Positions 14,862 to 33,926 are shown, counted from the first letter of the stretch. The stretch is 64,000 nucleotides of DNA from the human T2T-CHM13v2.0 reference genome, Homo sapiens (GCF_009914755.1 NC_060948.1); one strand, 5' to 3'. Numbers and translations: made by a program. Notes: a model not told the origin generated them from the letters alone.

Positions 14862-16989
14862 AGATCCATATTTTTTAAATGAAAAAAAATTTCAAAGGTA
14901 CTCTGCTTGGTACAATAATCAAATGTATAAACTGAGGAATAAAACATAACCATGAAACCTACTTATAACTGCATATGGAAAATACAGAGGATAATTTTTT
15001 AAATAACATATTTTGAAAGCCTTAACTAGTAATTTGAAGAGTTGGCATTTGAAAGGCCAGTATGAATATACCTTCAAAGCAGCAACACAGGTTCCCCATG
15101 AGAAAAAGCAAACACAGGGAAAATAAAAACACAAAGGTTCAATCTCTTCTGACCTTTGAAAGACACAGCACAGACAGTGGTCCTTAGGACGAAGAGCAGG
15201 AGACCCCTAATTCCGTCACCATGGCGATAGGGCATAAACATTGCTGGGTGAGGGCACAATCCACATTGTGAGGTCCAACTGCTGCCAGGAAGACAGGAGT
15301 GCTTTTACATAGACCGAAAGGTCATTGAAGGCTCAGAGTTTTGTTTCAAGAACTGAATCCCAAGCCCACACGTTATTAGGCTGCGCTTCTTAAAACAAGT
15401 TATGAGATGGGAAAAAGGGCACCCACAAACATACGTATACATTATGTATATAATAATATACAGTATCATATATATAATATATATAACCTATGTATAATAT
15501 TGTTTTACATCCTGCATCTTATGTTATATATATTGTATAAAATATAATAATTGATAATATATAAGTTTTATAATTATACAATATGACATATAGTATATAT
15601 TATAATTTATGACATATATAATATATGTTATATGTCATATATAGAATATATTATACGGTTAATATACGTATTAAATATAAATTATACATTATATATATTA
15701 TATATAATATATCTGTTATATATAATACCCATTATGCATAATATATATATTATGTCTATGTTATATATAGCATAAAACAACATATAATAATATATAATTG
15801 TATATATAAAATGCGACATATAATATATATTATATTTTATTACATATGTAATATATATTATATATTATATATAATACGTTGTATGTATAATACCTATATT
15901 AAATATATATTATATGACTATGTTATTAATTACATGTCACATGCGTTATATATTATATATTTTATATAGAATATACCGGTTACATACAATATATACTATG
16001 TTACCTATAATGTATAATTTATTACATGTAAAATAAAGAATGCAATATATTATGTAAAATTTATAATATACCATATGTGGAATGTGATATATATAACATA
16101 TAATATATGATATATGATGTACAGTATATGATATATAACATACAATATATGATTCCTAATATATATGGTATACAATATATATTTTATGTTATGTATTCTA
16201 TATGTTTTATATTCTGTTATATATAACTATTTGAAATTATATATAACTGTATAATATTTTATGTAAATATGTAATATAATATATATAACTATATAATATA
16301 TTATATATAACTATATATTATGTTATATATACTTTTATAACATAATTTACATAAAATATCATAATATAATATATATTATATTATTTCATATTACATAATA
16401 TATATTACATATCACCCAATATAACTAACATACATAATATTATAATATAGATTATATTATGTTATATTAAATATCATATATATCATGTATCATATATTCT
16501 ATAATATATATTACACCTTATATAATATGTATGTTGTCTATTATGTGATATATATAACTATATATATAATTATATTTTTATACATATAACTAGATAAACA
16601 TGTAATTCTACATATTTTCATTTATAATATGTAGAATTATATAATCATATATAATTATTTATATTCTATAAAAAATTTTATCATTATATAAATTATAATA
16701 TATAAAAATTATAATATGTACTACAAATATATATATTATATATCATATATGATATAGTACTATTGTTATATTTCATAATACGTATAAATGTGTATTATGT
16801 TATCTATAATTATATAATTTCATATATAAGATGTATAATATGTATCATAAAATATATATGTTGTGTAATATATATAGTATATATAAGATGACACAGGATA
16901 AATATTATATACTATGACATATAAAATATATGAGGTTATATGTTACATATAAGGCATAGCACATAACATGTAATATATATCATATATAA

Positions 16990-17281
16990 TTTTTTTTTAG
17001 ACAGAATCTTGTCCTGTTGCACAGGGTGGGGTACAATGGCGCCATCTTTGCTGACTGCAAATTCTGCCTCACGGGTCCAAGCGATTGTCCTCCCTCAGCC
17101 TCCCAGGTAGCTGGGACTACACCACACTGGGACTACACCAGCTGCCACCATGCCTAGCTAATTTTTTGGATTTTTAGTAGTGACAGCGTTTCACTGTATT
17201 GGCCAGGATGGTCTTGATCTCTTCACCTTGTGATCCCCTTGCCTTGGCCTCCAAATTTGCTGGGATTACAGGCCTGAGCCA
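16990..17281 (-). mobile_element. Diverged Alu, U8
   Basis: Copy; ctgac/aattc type. Confidence 0.95.
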
Positions 17282-19386
17282 AGATCCATATTTTTTAAAT
17301 GAAAAAAAATTTCAAAGGTACTCTGCTTGGTACAATAATCAAATGTATAAACTGAGGAATAAAACATAACCATGAAACCTACTTATAACTGCATATGGAA
17401 AATACAGAGGATAATTTTTTAAATAACATATTTTGAAAGCCTTAACTAGTAATTTGAAGAGTTGGCATTTGAAAGGCCAGTATGAATATACCTTCAAAGC
17501 AGCAACACAGGTTCCCCATGAGAAAAAGCAAACACAGGGAAAATAAAAACACAAAGGTTCAATCTCTTCTGACCTTTGAAAGACACAGCACAGACAGTGG
17601 TCCTTAGGACGAAGAGCAGGAGACCCCTAATTCCGTCACCATGGCGATAGGGCATAAACATTGCTGGGTGAGGGCACAATCCACATTGTGAGGTCCAACT
17701 GCTGCCAGGAAGACAGGAGTGCTTTTACATAGACCGAAAGGTCATTGAAGGCTCAGAGTTTTGTTTCAAGAACTGAATCCCAAGCCCACACGTTATTAGG
17801 CTGCGCTTCTTAAAACAAGTTATGAGATGGGAAAAAGGGCACCCACAAACATACGTATACATTATGTATATAATAATATACAGTATCATATATATAATAT
17901 ATATAACCTATGTATAATATTGTTTTACATCCTGCATCTTATGTTATATATATTGTATAAAATATAATAATTGATAATATATAAGTTTTATAATTATACA
18001 ATATGACATATAGTATATATTATAATTTATGACATATATAATATATGTTATATGTCATATATAGAATATATTATACGGTTAATATACGTATTAAATATAA
18101 ATTATACATTATATATATTATATATAATATATCTGTTATATATAATACCCATTATGCATAATATATACATTATGTCTATGTTATATATAGCATAAAACAA
18201 CATATAATAATATATAATTGTATATATAAAATGCGACATATAATATATATTATATTTTATTACATATGTAATATATATTATATATTATATATAATACGTT
18301 GTATGTATAATACCTATATTAAATATATATTATATGACTATGTTATTAATTACATGTCACATGCGTTATATATTATATATTTTATATAGAATATACCGGT
18401 TACATACAATATATACTATGTTACCTATAATGTATAATTTATTACATGTAAAATAAAGAATGCAATATATTATGTAAAATTTATAATATACCATATGTGG
18501 AATGTGATATATATAACATATAATATATGATATATGATGTACAGTATATGATATATAACATACAATATATGATTCCTAATATATATGGTATACAATATAT
18601 ATTTTATGTTATGTATTCTATATGTTTTATATTCTGTTATATATAACTATTTGAAATTATATATAACTGTATAATATTTTATGTAAATATGTAATATAAT
18701 ATATATAACTATATAATATATTATATATAACTATATATTATGTTATATATACTTTTATAACATAATTTACATAAAATATCATAATATAATATATATTATA
18801 TTATTTCATATTACATAATATATATTACATATCACCCAATATAACTAACATACATAATATTATAATATAGATTATATTATGTTATATTAAATATCATATA
18901 TATCATGTATCATATATTCTATAATATATATTACACCTTATATAATATGTATGTTGTCTATTATGTGATATATATAACTATATATATAATTATATTTTTA
19001 TACATATAACTAGATAAACATGTAATTCTACATATTTTCATTTATAATATGTAGAATTATATAATCATATATAATTATTTATATTCTATAAAAAATTTTA
19101 TCATTATATAAATTATAATATATAAAAATTATAATATGTACTACAAATATATATATTATATATCATATATGATATAGTACCTTTGTTATATATCATAATA
19201 CATATAAATGTGTATTATGTTATCTATAATTATATAATTTCATATATAAGATGTATAATATGTATCATATATTATATATGTTATGTAATATATATAGTAT
19301 ATATAAGATGACACAGGATAAATATTATATACTATGACATATAAAATATATGAGGTTATATGTTACTTATAAGGCATACCACATAA

Positions 19387-19701
<315 letters not shown>

Positions 19702-21806
19702 AGATCCATATTTTTTAAATGAAAAAAAATTTCAAAGGTACTCTGCTTGGTACAATAATCAAATGTATAAACTGAGGAATAAAACATAACCATGAAACCT
19801 ACTTATAACTGCATATGGAAAATACAGAGGATAATTTTTTAAATAACATATTTTGAAAGCCTTAACTAGTAATTTGAAGAGCTGGCATTTGAAAGGCCAG
19901 TATGAATATACCTTCAAAGCAGCAACACAGGTTCCCCATGAGAAAAAGCAAACACAGGGAAAATAAAACCACAAAGGTTCAATCTCTTCTGACCTTTGAA
20001 AGACACAGCACAGACAGTGGTCCTTAGGACGAAGAGCAGGAGACCCCTAATTCCGTCACCATGGCGATAGGGCATAAACATTGCTGGGTGAGGGCACAAT
20101 CCACATTGTGAGGTCCAACTGCTGCCAGGAAGACAGGAGTGCTTTTACATAGACCGAAAGGTCATTGAAGGCTCAGAGTTTTGTTTCAAGAACTGAATCC
20201 CAAGCCCACACGTTATTAGGCTGCGCTTCTTAAAACAAGTTATGAGATGGGAAAAAGGGCACCCACAAACATACGTATACATTATGTATATAATAATATA
20301 CAGTATCATATATATAATATATATAACCTATGTATAATATTGTTTTACATCCTGCATCTAATGTTATATATATTGTATAAAATATAATAATTGATAATAT
20401 ATAAGTTTTATAATTATACAATATGACATATAGTATATATTATAATTTATGACATATATAATATATGTTATATGTCATATATAGAATATATTATACGGTT
20501 AATATACGTATTAAATATAAATTATACATTATATATATTATATATAATATATCTGTTATATATAATACCCATTATGCATAATATATATATTATGTCTATG
20601 TTATATATAGCATAAAACAACATATAATAATATATAATTGTATATATAAAATGCGACATATAATATATATTATATTTTATTACATATGTAATATATATTA
20701 TATATTATATATAATACGTTGTATGTATAATACCTATATTAAATATATATTATATGACTATGTTATTAATTACATGTCACATGCGTTATATATTATATAT
20801 TTTATATAGAATATACCGGTTACATACAATATATACTATGTTACCTATAATGTATAATTTATTACATGTAAAATAAAGAATGCAATATATTATGTAAAAT
20901 TTATAATATACCATATGTGGAATGTGATATATATAACATATAATATATGATATATGATGTACAGTATATGATATATAACATACAATATATGATTCCTAAT
21001 ATATATGGTATACAATATATATTTTATGTTATGTATTCTATATGTTTTATATTCTGTTATATATAACTATTTGAAATTATATATAACTGTATAATATTTT
21101 ATGTAAATATGTAATATAATATATATAACTATATAATATATTATATATAACTATATATTATGTTATATATACTTTTATAACATAATTTACATAAAATATC
21201 ATAATATAATATATATTATATTATTTCATATTACATAATATATATTACATATCACCCAATATAACTAACATACATAATATTATAATATAGATTATATTAT
21301 GTTATATTAAATATCATATATATCATGTATCATATATTCTATAATATATATTACACCTTATATAATATGTATGTTGTCTATTATGTGATATATATAACTA
21401 TATATATAATTATATTTTTATACATATAACTAGATAAACATGTAATTCTACATATTTTCATTTATAATATGTAGAATTATATAATCATATATAATTATTT
21501 ATATTCAATAAAAAATTTTATCATTATATAAATTATAATATATAAAAATTATAATATGTACTACAAATATATATATTATATATCATATATGATATAGTAC
21601 CTTTGTTATATATCATAATACATATAAATGTGTATTATGTTATCTATAATTATATAATTTCATATATAAGATGTATAATATGTATCATATATTATATATG
21701 TTATGTAATATATATAGTATATATAAGATGACACAGGATAAATATTATATACTATGACATATAAAATATATGAGGTTATATGTTACATATAAGGCATACC
21801 ACATAA

Positions 21807-22121
<315 letters not shown>

Positions 22122-24226
22122 AGATCCATATTTTTTAAATGAAAAAAAATTTCAAAGGTACTCTGCTTGGTACAATAATCAAATGTATAAACTGAGGAAT
22201 AAAACATAACCATGAAACCTACTTATAACTGCATATGGAAAATACAGAGGATAATTTTTTAAATAACATATTTTGAAAGCCTTAACTAGTAATTTGAAGA
22301 GTTGGCATTTGAAAGGCCAGTATGAATATACCTTCAAAGCAGCAACACAGGTTCCCCATGAGAAAAAGCAAACACAGGGAAAATAAAAACACAAAGGTTC
22401 AATCTCTTCTGACCTTTGAAAGACACAGCACAGACAGTGGTCCTTAGGACGAAGAGCAGGAGACCCCTAATTCCGTCACCATGGCGATAGGGCATAAACA
22501 TTGCTGGGTGAGGGCACAATCCACATTGTGAGGTCCAACTGCTGCCAGGAAGACAGGAGTGCTTTTACATAGACCGAAAGGTCATTGAAGGCTCAGAGTT
22601 TTGTTTCAAGAACTGAATCCCAAGCCCACACGTTATTAGGCTGCGCTTCTTAAAACAAGTTATGAGATGGGAAAAAGGGCACCCACAAACATACGTATAC
22701 ATTATGTATATAATAATATACAGTATCATATATATAATATATATAACCTATGTATAATATTGTTTTACATCCTGCATCTAATGTTATATATATTGTATAA
22801 AATATAATAATTGATAATATATAAGTTTTATAATTATACAATATGACATATAGTATATATTATAATTTATGACATATATAATATATGTTATATGTCATAT
22901 ATAGAATATATTATACGGTTAATATACGTATTAAATATAAATTATACATTATATATATTATATATAATATATCTGTTATATATAATACCCATTATGCATA
23001 ATATATATATTATGTCTATGTTATATATAGCATAAAACAACATATAATAATATATAATTGTATATATAAAATGCGACATATAATATATATTATATTTTAT
23101 TACATATGTAATATATATTATATATTATATATAATACGTTGTATGTATAATACCTATATTAAATATATATTATATGACTATGTTATTAATTACATGTCAC
23201 ATGCGTTATATATTATATATTTTATATAGAATATACCGGTTACATACAATATATACTATGTTACCTATAATGTATAATTTATTACATGTAAAATAAAGAA
23301 TGCAATATATTATGTAAAATTTATAATATACCATATGTGGAATGTGATATATATAACATATAATATATGATATATGATGTACAGTATATGATATATAACA
23401 TACAATATATGATTCCTAATATATATGGTATACAATATATATTTTATGTTATGTATTCTATATGTTTTATATTCTGTTATATATAACTATTTGAAATTAT
23501 ATATAACTGTATAATATTTTATGTAAATATGTAATATAATATATATAACTATATAATATATTATATATAACTATATATTATGTTATATATACTTTTATAA
23601 CATAATTTACATAAAATATCATAATATAATATATATTATATTATTTCATATTACATAATATATATTACATATCACCCAATATAACTAACATACATAATAT
23701 TATAATATAGATTATATTATGTTATATTAAATATCATATATATCATGTATCATATATTCTATAATATATATTACACCTTATATAATATGTATGTTGTCTA
23801 TTATGTGATATATATAACTATATATATAATTATATTTTTATACATATAACTAGATAAACATGTAATTCTACATATTTTCATTTATAATATGTAGAATTAT
23901 ATAATCATATATAATTATTTATATTCAATAAAAAATTTTATCATTATATGAATTATAATATATAAAAATTATAATATGTACTACAAATATATATATTATA
24001 TATCATATATGATATAGTACCTTTGTTATATATCATAATACATATAAATGTGTATTATGTTATCTATAATTATATAATTTCATATATAAGATGTATAATA
24101 TGTATCATATATTATATATGTTATGTAATATATATAGTATATATAAGATGACACAGGATAAATATTATATACTATGACATATAAAATATATGAGGTTATA
24201 TGTTACATATAAGGCATACCACATAA

Positions 24227-24541
<315 letters not shown>

Positions 24542-26669
24542 AGATCCATATTTTTTAAATGAAAAAAAATTTCAAAGGTACTCTGCTTGGTACAATAATC
24601 AAATGTATAAACTGAGGAATAAAACATAACCATGAAACCTACTTATAACTGCATATGGAAAATACAGAGGATAATTTTTTAAATAACATATTTTGAAAGC
24701 CTTAACTAGTAATTTGAAGAGTTGGCATTTGAAAGGCCAGTATGAATATACCTTCAAAGCAGCAACACAGGTTCCCCATGAGAAAAAGCAAACACAGGGA
24801 AAATAAAAACACAAAGGTTCAATCTCTTCTGACCTTTGAAAGACACAGCACAGACAGTGGTCCTTAGGACGAAGAGCAGGAGACCCCTAATTCCGTCACC
24901 ATGGCGATAGGGCATAAACATTGCTGGGTGAGGGCACAATCCACATTGTGAGGTCCAACTGCTGCCAGGAAGACAGGAGTGCTTTTACATAGACCGAAAG
25001 GTCATTGAAGGCTCAGAGTTTTGTTTCAAGAACTGAATCCCAAGCCCACACGTTATTAGGCTGCGCTTCTTAAAACAAGTTATGAGATGGGAAAAAGGGC
25101 ACCCACAAACATACGTATACATTATGTATATAATAATATACAGTATCATATATATAATATATATAACCTATGTATAATATTGTTTTACATCCTGCATCTA
25201 ATGTTATATATATTGTATAAAATATAATAATTGATAATATATAAGTTTTATAATTATACAATATGACATATAGTATATATTATAATTTATGACATATATA
25301 ATATATGTTATATGTCATATATAGAATATATTATACGGTTAATATACGTATTAAATATAAATTATACATTATATATATTATATATAATATATCTGTTATA
25401 TATAATACCCATTATGCATAATATATATATTATGTCTATGTTATATATAGTATAAAACAACATTTAATAATATATAATTGTATATATAAAATGCGACATA
25501 TAATATATATTATATTTTATTACATATGTAATATATATTATATATTATATATAATACGTTGTATGTATAATACCTATATTAAATATATATTATATGACTA
25601 TGTTATTAATTACATGTCACATGCGTTATATATTATATATTTTATATAGAATATACCGGTTACATACAATATATACTATGTTACCTATAATGTATAATTT
25701 ATTACATGTAAAATAAAGAATGCAATATATTATGTAAAATTTATAATATACCATATGTGGAATGTGATATATATAACATATAATATATGATATATGATGT
25801 ACAGTATATGATATATAACATACAATATATGATTCCTAATATATATGGTATACAATATATATTTTATGTTATGCATTCTATATGTTTTATATTCTGTTAT
25901 ATATAACTATTTGAAATTATATATAACTGTATAATATTTTATGTAAATATGTAATATAATATATATAACTATATAATATATTATATATAACTATATATTA
26001 TGTTATATATACTTTTATAACATAATTTACATAAAATATCATAATATAATATATATTATATTATTTCATATTACATAATATATATTACATATCACCCAAT
26101 ATAACTAACATACATAATATTATAATATAGATTATATTATGTTATATTAAATATCATATATATCATGTATCATATATTCTATAATATATATTACACCTTA
26201 TATAATATGTATGTTGTCTATTATGTGATATATATAACTATATATATAATTATATTTTTATACATATAACTAGATAAACATGTAATTCTACATATTTTCA
26301 TTTATAATATGTAGAATTATATAATCATATATAATTATTTATATTCTATAAAAAATTTTATCATTATATAAATTATAATATATAAAAATTATAATATGTA
26401 CTATAAATATATATATTATATATCATATATGATATAGTACTATTGTTATATTTCATAATACATATAAATGTGTATTATGTTATCTATAATTATATAATTT
26501 CATATATAAGATGTATAATATGTATCATAAATTATATATGTTGTGTAATATATATAGTATATATAAGATGACACAGGATAAATATTATATACTATGACAT
26601 ATAAAATATATGAGGTTATATGTTACATATAAGGCATAGCACAGAACATGTAATATATATCATATATAA

Positions 26670-26961
26670 TTTTTTTTTAGACAGAATCTTGTCCTGTTGC
26701 ACAGGGTGGGGTACAATGGCGCCATCTTTGCTCACTGCAACTTCTGCCTCACGGGTCCAAGCGATTGTCCTCCCTCAGCCTCCCAGGTAGCTGGGACTAC
26801 ACCACACTGGGACTACACCAGCTGCCACCATGCCTAGCTAATTTTTTGGATTTTTAGTAGTGACAGCGTTTCACTGTATTGGCCAGGATGGTCTTGATCT
26901 CTTCACCTTGTGATCCCCTTGCCTTGGCCTCCAAATTTGCTGGGATTACAGGCCTGAGCCA
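26670..26961 (-). mobile_element. Diverged Alu, U12
   Basis: Copy; same type as U2. Confidence 0.95.
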
Positions 26962-29089
26962 AGATCCATATTTTTTAAATGAAAAAAAATTTCAAAGGTA
27001 CTCTGCTTGGTACAATAATCAAATGTATAAACTGAGGAATAAAACATAACCATGAAACCTACTTATAACTGCATATGGAAAATACAGAGGATAATTTTTT
27101 AAATAACATATTTTGAAAGCCTTAACTAGTAATTTGAAGAGTTGGCATTTGAAAGGCCAGTATGAATATACCTTCAAAGCAGCAACACAGGTTCCCCATG
27201 AGAAAAAGCAAACACAGGGAAAATAAAAACACAAAGGTTCAATCTCTTCTGACCTTTGAAAGACACAGCACAGACAGTGGTCCTTAGGACGAAGAGCAGG
27301 AGACCCCTAATTCCGTCACCATGGCGATAGGGCATAAACATTGCTGGGTGAGGGCACAATCCACATTGTGAGGTCCAACTGCTGCCAGGAAGACAGGAGT
27401 GCTTTTACATAGACCGAAAGGTCATTGAAGGCTCAGAGTTTTGTTTCAAGAACTGAATCCCAAGCCCACACGTTATTAGGCTGCGCTTCTTAAAACAAGT
27501 TATGAGATGGGAAAAAGGGCACCCACAAACATACGTATACATTATGTATATAATAATATACAGTATCATATATATAATATATATAACCTATGTATAATAT
27601 TGTTTTACATCCTGCATCTAATGTTATATATATTGTATAAAATATAATAATTGATAATATATAAGTTTTATAATTATACAATATGACATATAGTATATAT
27701 TATAATTTATGACATATATAATATATGTTATATGTCATATATAGAATATATTATACGGTTAATATACGTATTAAATATAAATTATACATTATATATATTA
27801 TATATAATATATCTGTTATATATAATACCCATTATGCATAATATATATATTATGTCTATGTTATATATAGTATAAAACAACATATAATAATATATAATTG
27901 TATATATAAAATGCGACATATAATATATATTATATTTTATAACATATGTAATATATATTATATATTATATATAATACGTTGTATGTATAATACCTATATT
28001 AAATATATATTATATGACTATGTTATTAATTACATGTCACATGTGTTATATATTATATATTTTACATAGAATATACCGGTTACATACAATATATACTATG
28101 TTACCTATAATGTATAATTTATTACATGTAAAATAAAGAATGCAATATATTATGTATAATTTATAATATACCATATGTGGAATGTGATATATATAACATA
28201 TAATATATGATATATGATATACAGTATATGATATATAACATACAATATATGATTCCTAATATATATGGTATACAATATATATTTTATGATATGTATTCTA
28301 TATGTTTTATATTCTGTTATATATAACTATTTGAAATTATATATAACTGTATAATATTTTATGTAAATATGTAATATAATATATATAACTATATAATATA
28401 TTATATATAACTATATATTATGTTATATATACTTTTATAACATAATTTACATAAAATATCATAATATAATATATATTATATTATTTCATATTACATAATA
28501 TATATTACATATCACCCAATATAACTAACATACATAATATTATAATATAGATTATATTGTGTTATATTAAATATCATATATATCATGTATCATATATTCT
28601 ATAATATATATTACACATTATATAATATGTATGTTGTCTATTATGTGATATATATAACTATATATATAATTATATTTTTATACATATAACTAGATAAACA
28701 TGTAATTCTACATATTTTCATTTATAATATGTAGAATTATATAATCATATATAATTATTTATATTCTATAAAAAATTTTATCATTATATAAATTATAATA
28801 TATAAAAATTGTAATATGTACTACAAATATATATATTATATATCATATATGATATAGTACTATTGTTATATTTCATAATACATATAAATGTGTATTATGT
28901 TATCTATAATTATATAATTTCATATATAAGATGTATAATATGTATCATAAAATATATATGTTGTGTAATATATATAGTATATATAAGATGACACAGGATA
29001 AATATTATATACTATGACATATAAAATATATGAGGTTATATGTTACATATAAGGCATAGCACATAACATGTAATATATATCATATATAA

Positions 29090-29381
29090 TTTTTTTTTAG
29101 ACAGAATCTTGTCCTGTTGCACAGGGTGGGGTACAATGGCGCCATCTTTGCTGACTGCAAATTCTGCCTCACGGGTCCAAGCGATTGTCCTCCCTCAGCC
29201 TCCCAGGTAGCTGGGACTACACCACACTGGGACTACACCAGCTGCCACCATGCCTAGCTAATTTTTTGGATTTTTAGTAGTGACAGCGTTTCACTGTATT
29301 GGCCAGGATGGTCTTGATCTCTTCACCTTCTGATCCCCTTGCCTTGGCCTCCAAATTTGCTGGGATTACAGGCCTGAGCCA
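29090..29381 (-). mobile_element. Diverged Alu, U13
   Basis: Copy; ctgac/aattc type, private caccttc. Confidence 0.95.
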
Positions 29382-31483
29382 AGATCCATATTTTTTAAAT
29401 GAAAAAAAATTTCAAAGGTACTCTGCTTGGTACAATAATCAAATGTATAAACTGAGGAATAAAACATAACCATGAAACCTACTTATAACTGCATATGGAA
29501 AATACAGAGGATAATTTTTTAAATAACATATTTTGAAAGCCTTAACTAGTAATTTGAAGAGTTGGCATTTGAAAGGCCAGTATGAATATACCTTCAAAGC
29601 AGCAACACAGGTTCCCCATGAGAAAAAGCAAACACAGGGAAAATAAAAACACAAAGGTTCAATCTCTTCTGACCTTTGAAAGACACAGCACAGACAGTGG
29701 TCCTTAGGACGAAGAGCAGGAGACCCCTAATTCCGTCACCATGGCGATAGGGCATAAACATTGCTGGGTGAGGACACAATCCACATTGTGAGGTCCAACT
29801 GCTGCCAGGAAGACAGGAGTGCTTTTACATAGACCGAAAGGTCATTGAAGGCTCAGAGTTTTGTTTCAAGAACTGAATCCCAAGCCCACACGTTATTAGG
29901 CTGCGCTTCTTAAAACAAGTTATGAGATGGGAAAAAGGGCACCCACAAACATACGTATACAATATGTATATAATAATATACAGTATCATATATATAATAT
30001 ATATAACCTATGTATAATATTGTTTTACATCCTGCATCTTATGTTATATATATTGTATAAAATATAATAATTGATAATATATAAGTTTTATAATTATACA
30101 ATATGACATATAGTATATATTATAATTTATGACATATATAATATATGTTATATGTCATATATAGAATATATTATACGGTTAATATACGTATTAAATATAA
30201 ATTATACATTATATATATTATATATAATATATCTGTTATATATAATACCCATTATGCATAATATATATATTATGTCTATGTTATATAAAGTATAAAACAA
30301 CATATAATAATATATAATTGTATATATAAAATGCGACATATAATATATATTATATTTTATTACATATGTAATATATATTATATATTATATATAATACGTT
30401 GTATGTATAATACCTATATTAAATATATATTATATGACTATGTTATTAATTACATGTCACATGCGTTATATATTATATATTTTACATAGAATATACCGGT
30501 TACATACAATATATACTATGTTACCTATAACGTATAATTTATTACATGTAAAATAAAGAATGCAATATATTATGTAAAATTTATAATATACCATATGTGG
30601 AATGTGATATATATAACATATAATATATGATATATGATGTACAGTATATGATATATAACATACAATATATGATTCCTAATATATATGGTATACAATATAT
30701 ATTTTATGTTATGTATTCTATATGTTTTATATTCTGTTATATATAACTATTTGAAATTATATATAACTGTATAATATTTTATGTAAATATGTAATATAAT
30801 ATATATAACTATATAATATATTATATATAACTATATATTATGTTATATATACTTTTATAACATAATTTACATAAAATATAATATAATATATATTATATTA
30901 TTTCATATTACATAATATATATTACATATCACCCAATATAACTAACATACATAATATTATAATATAGATTATATTATGTTATATTAAATATCATATATAT
31001 CATGTATCATATATTCTATAATATATATTACACCTTATATAATATGTATGTTGTCTATTATGTGATATATATAACTATATATATAATTATATTTTTATAC
31101 ATATAACTAGATAAACATGTAATTCTACATATTTCCATTTATAATATGTAGAATTATATAATCATATATAATTATTTATATTCTATAAAAAATTTTATCA
31201 TTATATAAATTATAATATATAAAAATTATAATATGTACTACAAATATATATATTATATATCATATATGATATAGTACCTTTGTTATATATCATAATACAT
31301 ATAAATGTGTATTATGTTATCTATAATTATATAATTTCATATATAAGATGTATAATATGTATCATATATTATATATGTTATGTAATATATATAGTATATA
31401 TAAGATGACACAGGATAAATATTATATACTATGACATATAAAATATATGAGGTTATATGTTACATATAAGGCATAGCACATAA

Positions 31484-31798
<315 letters not shown>

Positions 31799-33926
31799 AG
31801 ATCCATATTTTTTAAATGAAAAAAAATTTCAAAGGTACTCTGCTTGGTACAATAATCAAATGTATAAACTGAGGAATAAAACATAACCATGAAACCTACT
31901 TATAACTGCATATGGAAAATACAGAGGATAATTTTTTAAATAACATATTTTGAAAGCCTTAACTAGTAATTTGAAGAGCTGGCATTTGAAAGGCCAGTAT
32001 GAATATACCTTCAAAGCAGCAACACAGGTTCCCCATGAGAAAAAGCAAACACAGGGAAAATAAAACCACAAAGGTTCAATCTCTTCTGACCTTTGAAAGA
32101 CACAGCACAGACAGTGGTCCTTAGGACGAAGAGCAGGAGACCCCTAATTCCGTCACCATGGCGATAGGGCATAAACATTGCTGGGTGAGGGCACAATCCA
32201 CATTGTGAGGTCCAACTGCTGCCAGGAAGACAGGAGTGCTTTTACATAGACCGAAAGGTAATTGAAGGCTCAGAGTTTTCTTTCAAGAACTGAATCCCAA
32301 GCCCACACGTTATTAGGCTGCGCTTCTTAAAACAAGTTATGAGATGGGAAAAAGGGCACCCACAAACATACGTATACATTATGTATATAATAATATACAG
32401 TATCATATATATAATATATATAACCTATGTATAATATTGTTTTACATCCTGCATCTTATGTTATATATATTGTATAAAATATAATAATTGATAATATATA
32501 AGTTTTATAATTATACAATATGACATATAGTATATATTATAATTTATGACATATATAATATATGTTATATGTCATATATAGAATATATTATACGGTTAAT
32601 ATACGTATTAAATATAAATTATACATTATATATATTATATATAATATATCTGTTATATATAATACCCATTATGCATAATATATATATTATGTCTATGTTA
32701 TATATAGTATAAAACAACATATAATAATATATAATTGTATATATAAAATGCGACATATAATATATATTATATTTTATAACATATGTAATATATATTATAT
32801 ATTATATATAATACGTTGTATGTATAATACCAATATTAAATATATATTATATGACTATGTTATTAATTACGTGTCACATGTGTTATATATTATATATTTT
32901 ACATAGAATATACCGGTTACATACAATATATACTATGTTACCTATAATGTATAATTTATTACATGTAAAATAAAGAATGCAATATATTATGTAAAATTTA
33001 TAATATACCATATGTGGAATGTGATATATATAACATATAATATATGATATATGATGTACAGTATATGATATATAACATACAATATATGATTCCTAATATA
33101 TATGGTATACAATATATATTTTATGTTATGTATTCTATATGTTTTATATTCTGTTATATATAACTATATGAAATTATATATAACTGTATAATATTTTATG
33201 TAAATATGTAATATAATATATATAACTATATAATATATTATATATAACTATATATTATGTTATATATACTTTTATAACATAATTTACATAAAATATCATA
33301 ATATAATATATATTATATTATTTCATATTACATAATATATATTACATATCACCCAATATAAATAACATACATAATATTATAATATAGATTATATTATGTT
33401 ATATTAAATATCATATATATCATGTATCATATATTCTATAATATATATTACACCTTATATAATATGTATGTTGTCTATTATGTGATATATATAACTATAT
33501 ATATAATTATATTTTTATACATATAACTAGATAAACATGTAATTCTACATATTTCCATTTATAATATGTAGAATTATATATTCATATATAATTATTTATA
33601 TTCTATAAAAAATTTTATCATTATATAAATTATAATATATAAAAATTATAATATGTACTACAAATATATATATTATATATCATATATGATATAGTACTAT
33701 TGTTATATTTCATAATACATATAAATGTGTATTATGTTATCTATAATTATATAATTTCATATATAAGATGTATAATATGTATCATAAAATATATATGTTG
33801 TGTAATATATATAGTATATATAAGATGACACAGGATAAATATTATATACTATGACATATAAAATATATGAGGTTATATGTTACATATAAGGCATAGCACA
33901 TAACATGTAATATATATCATATATAA

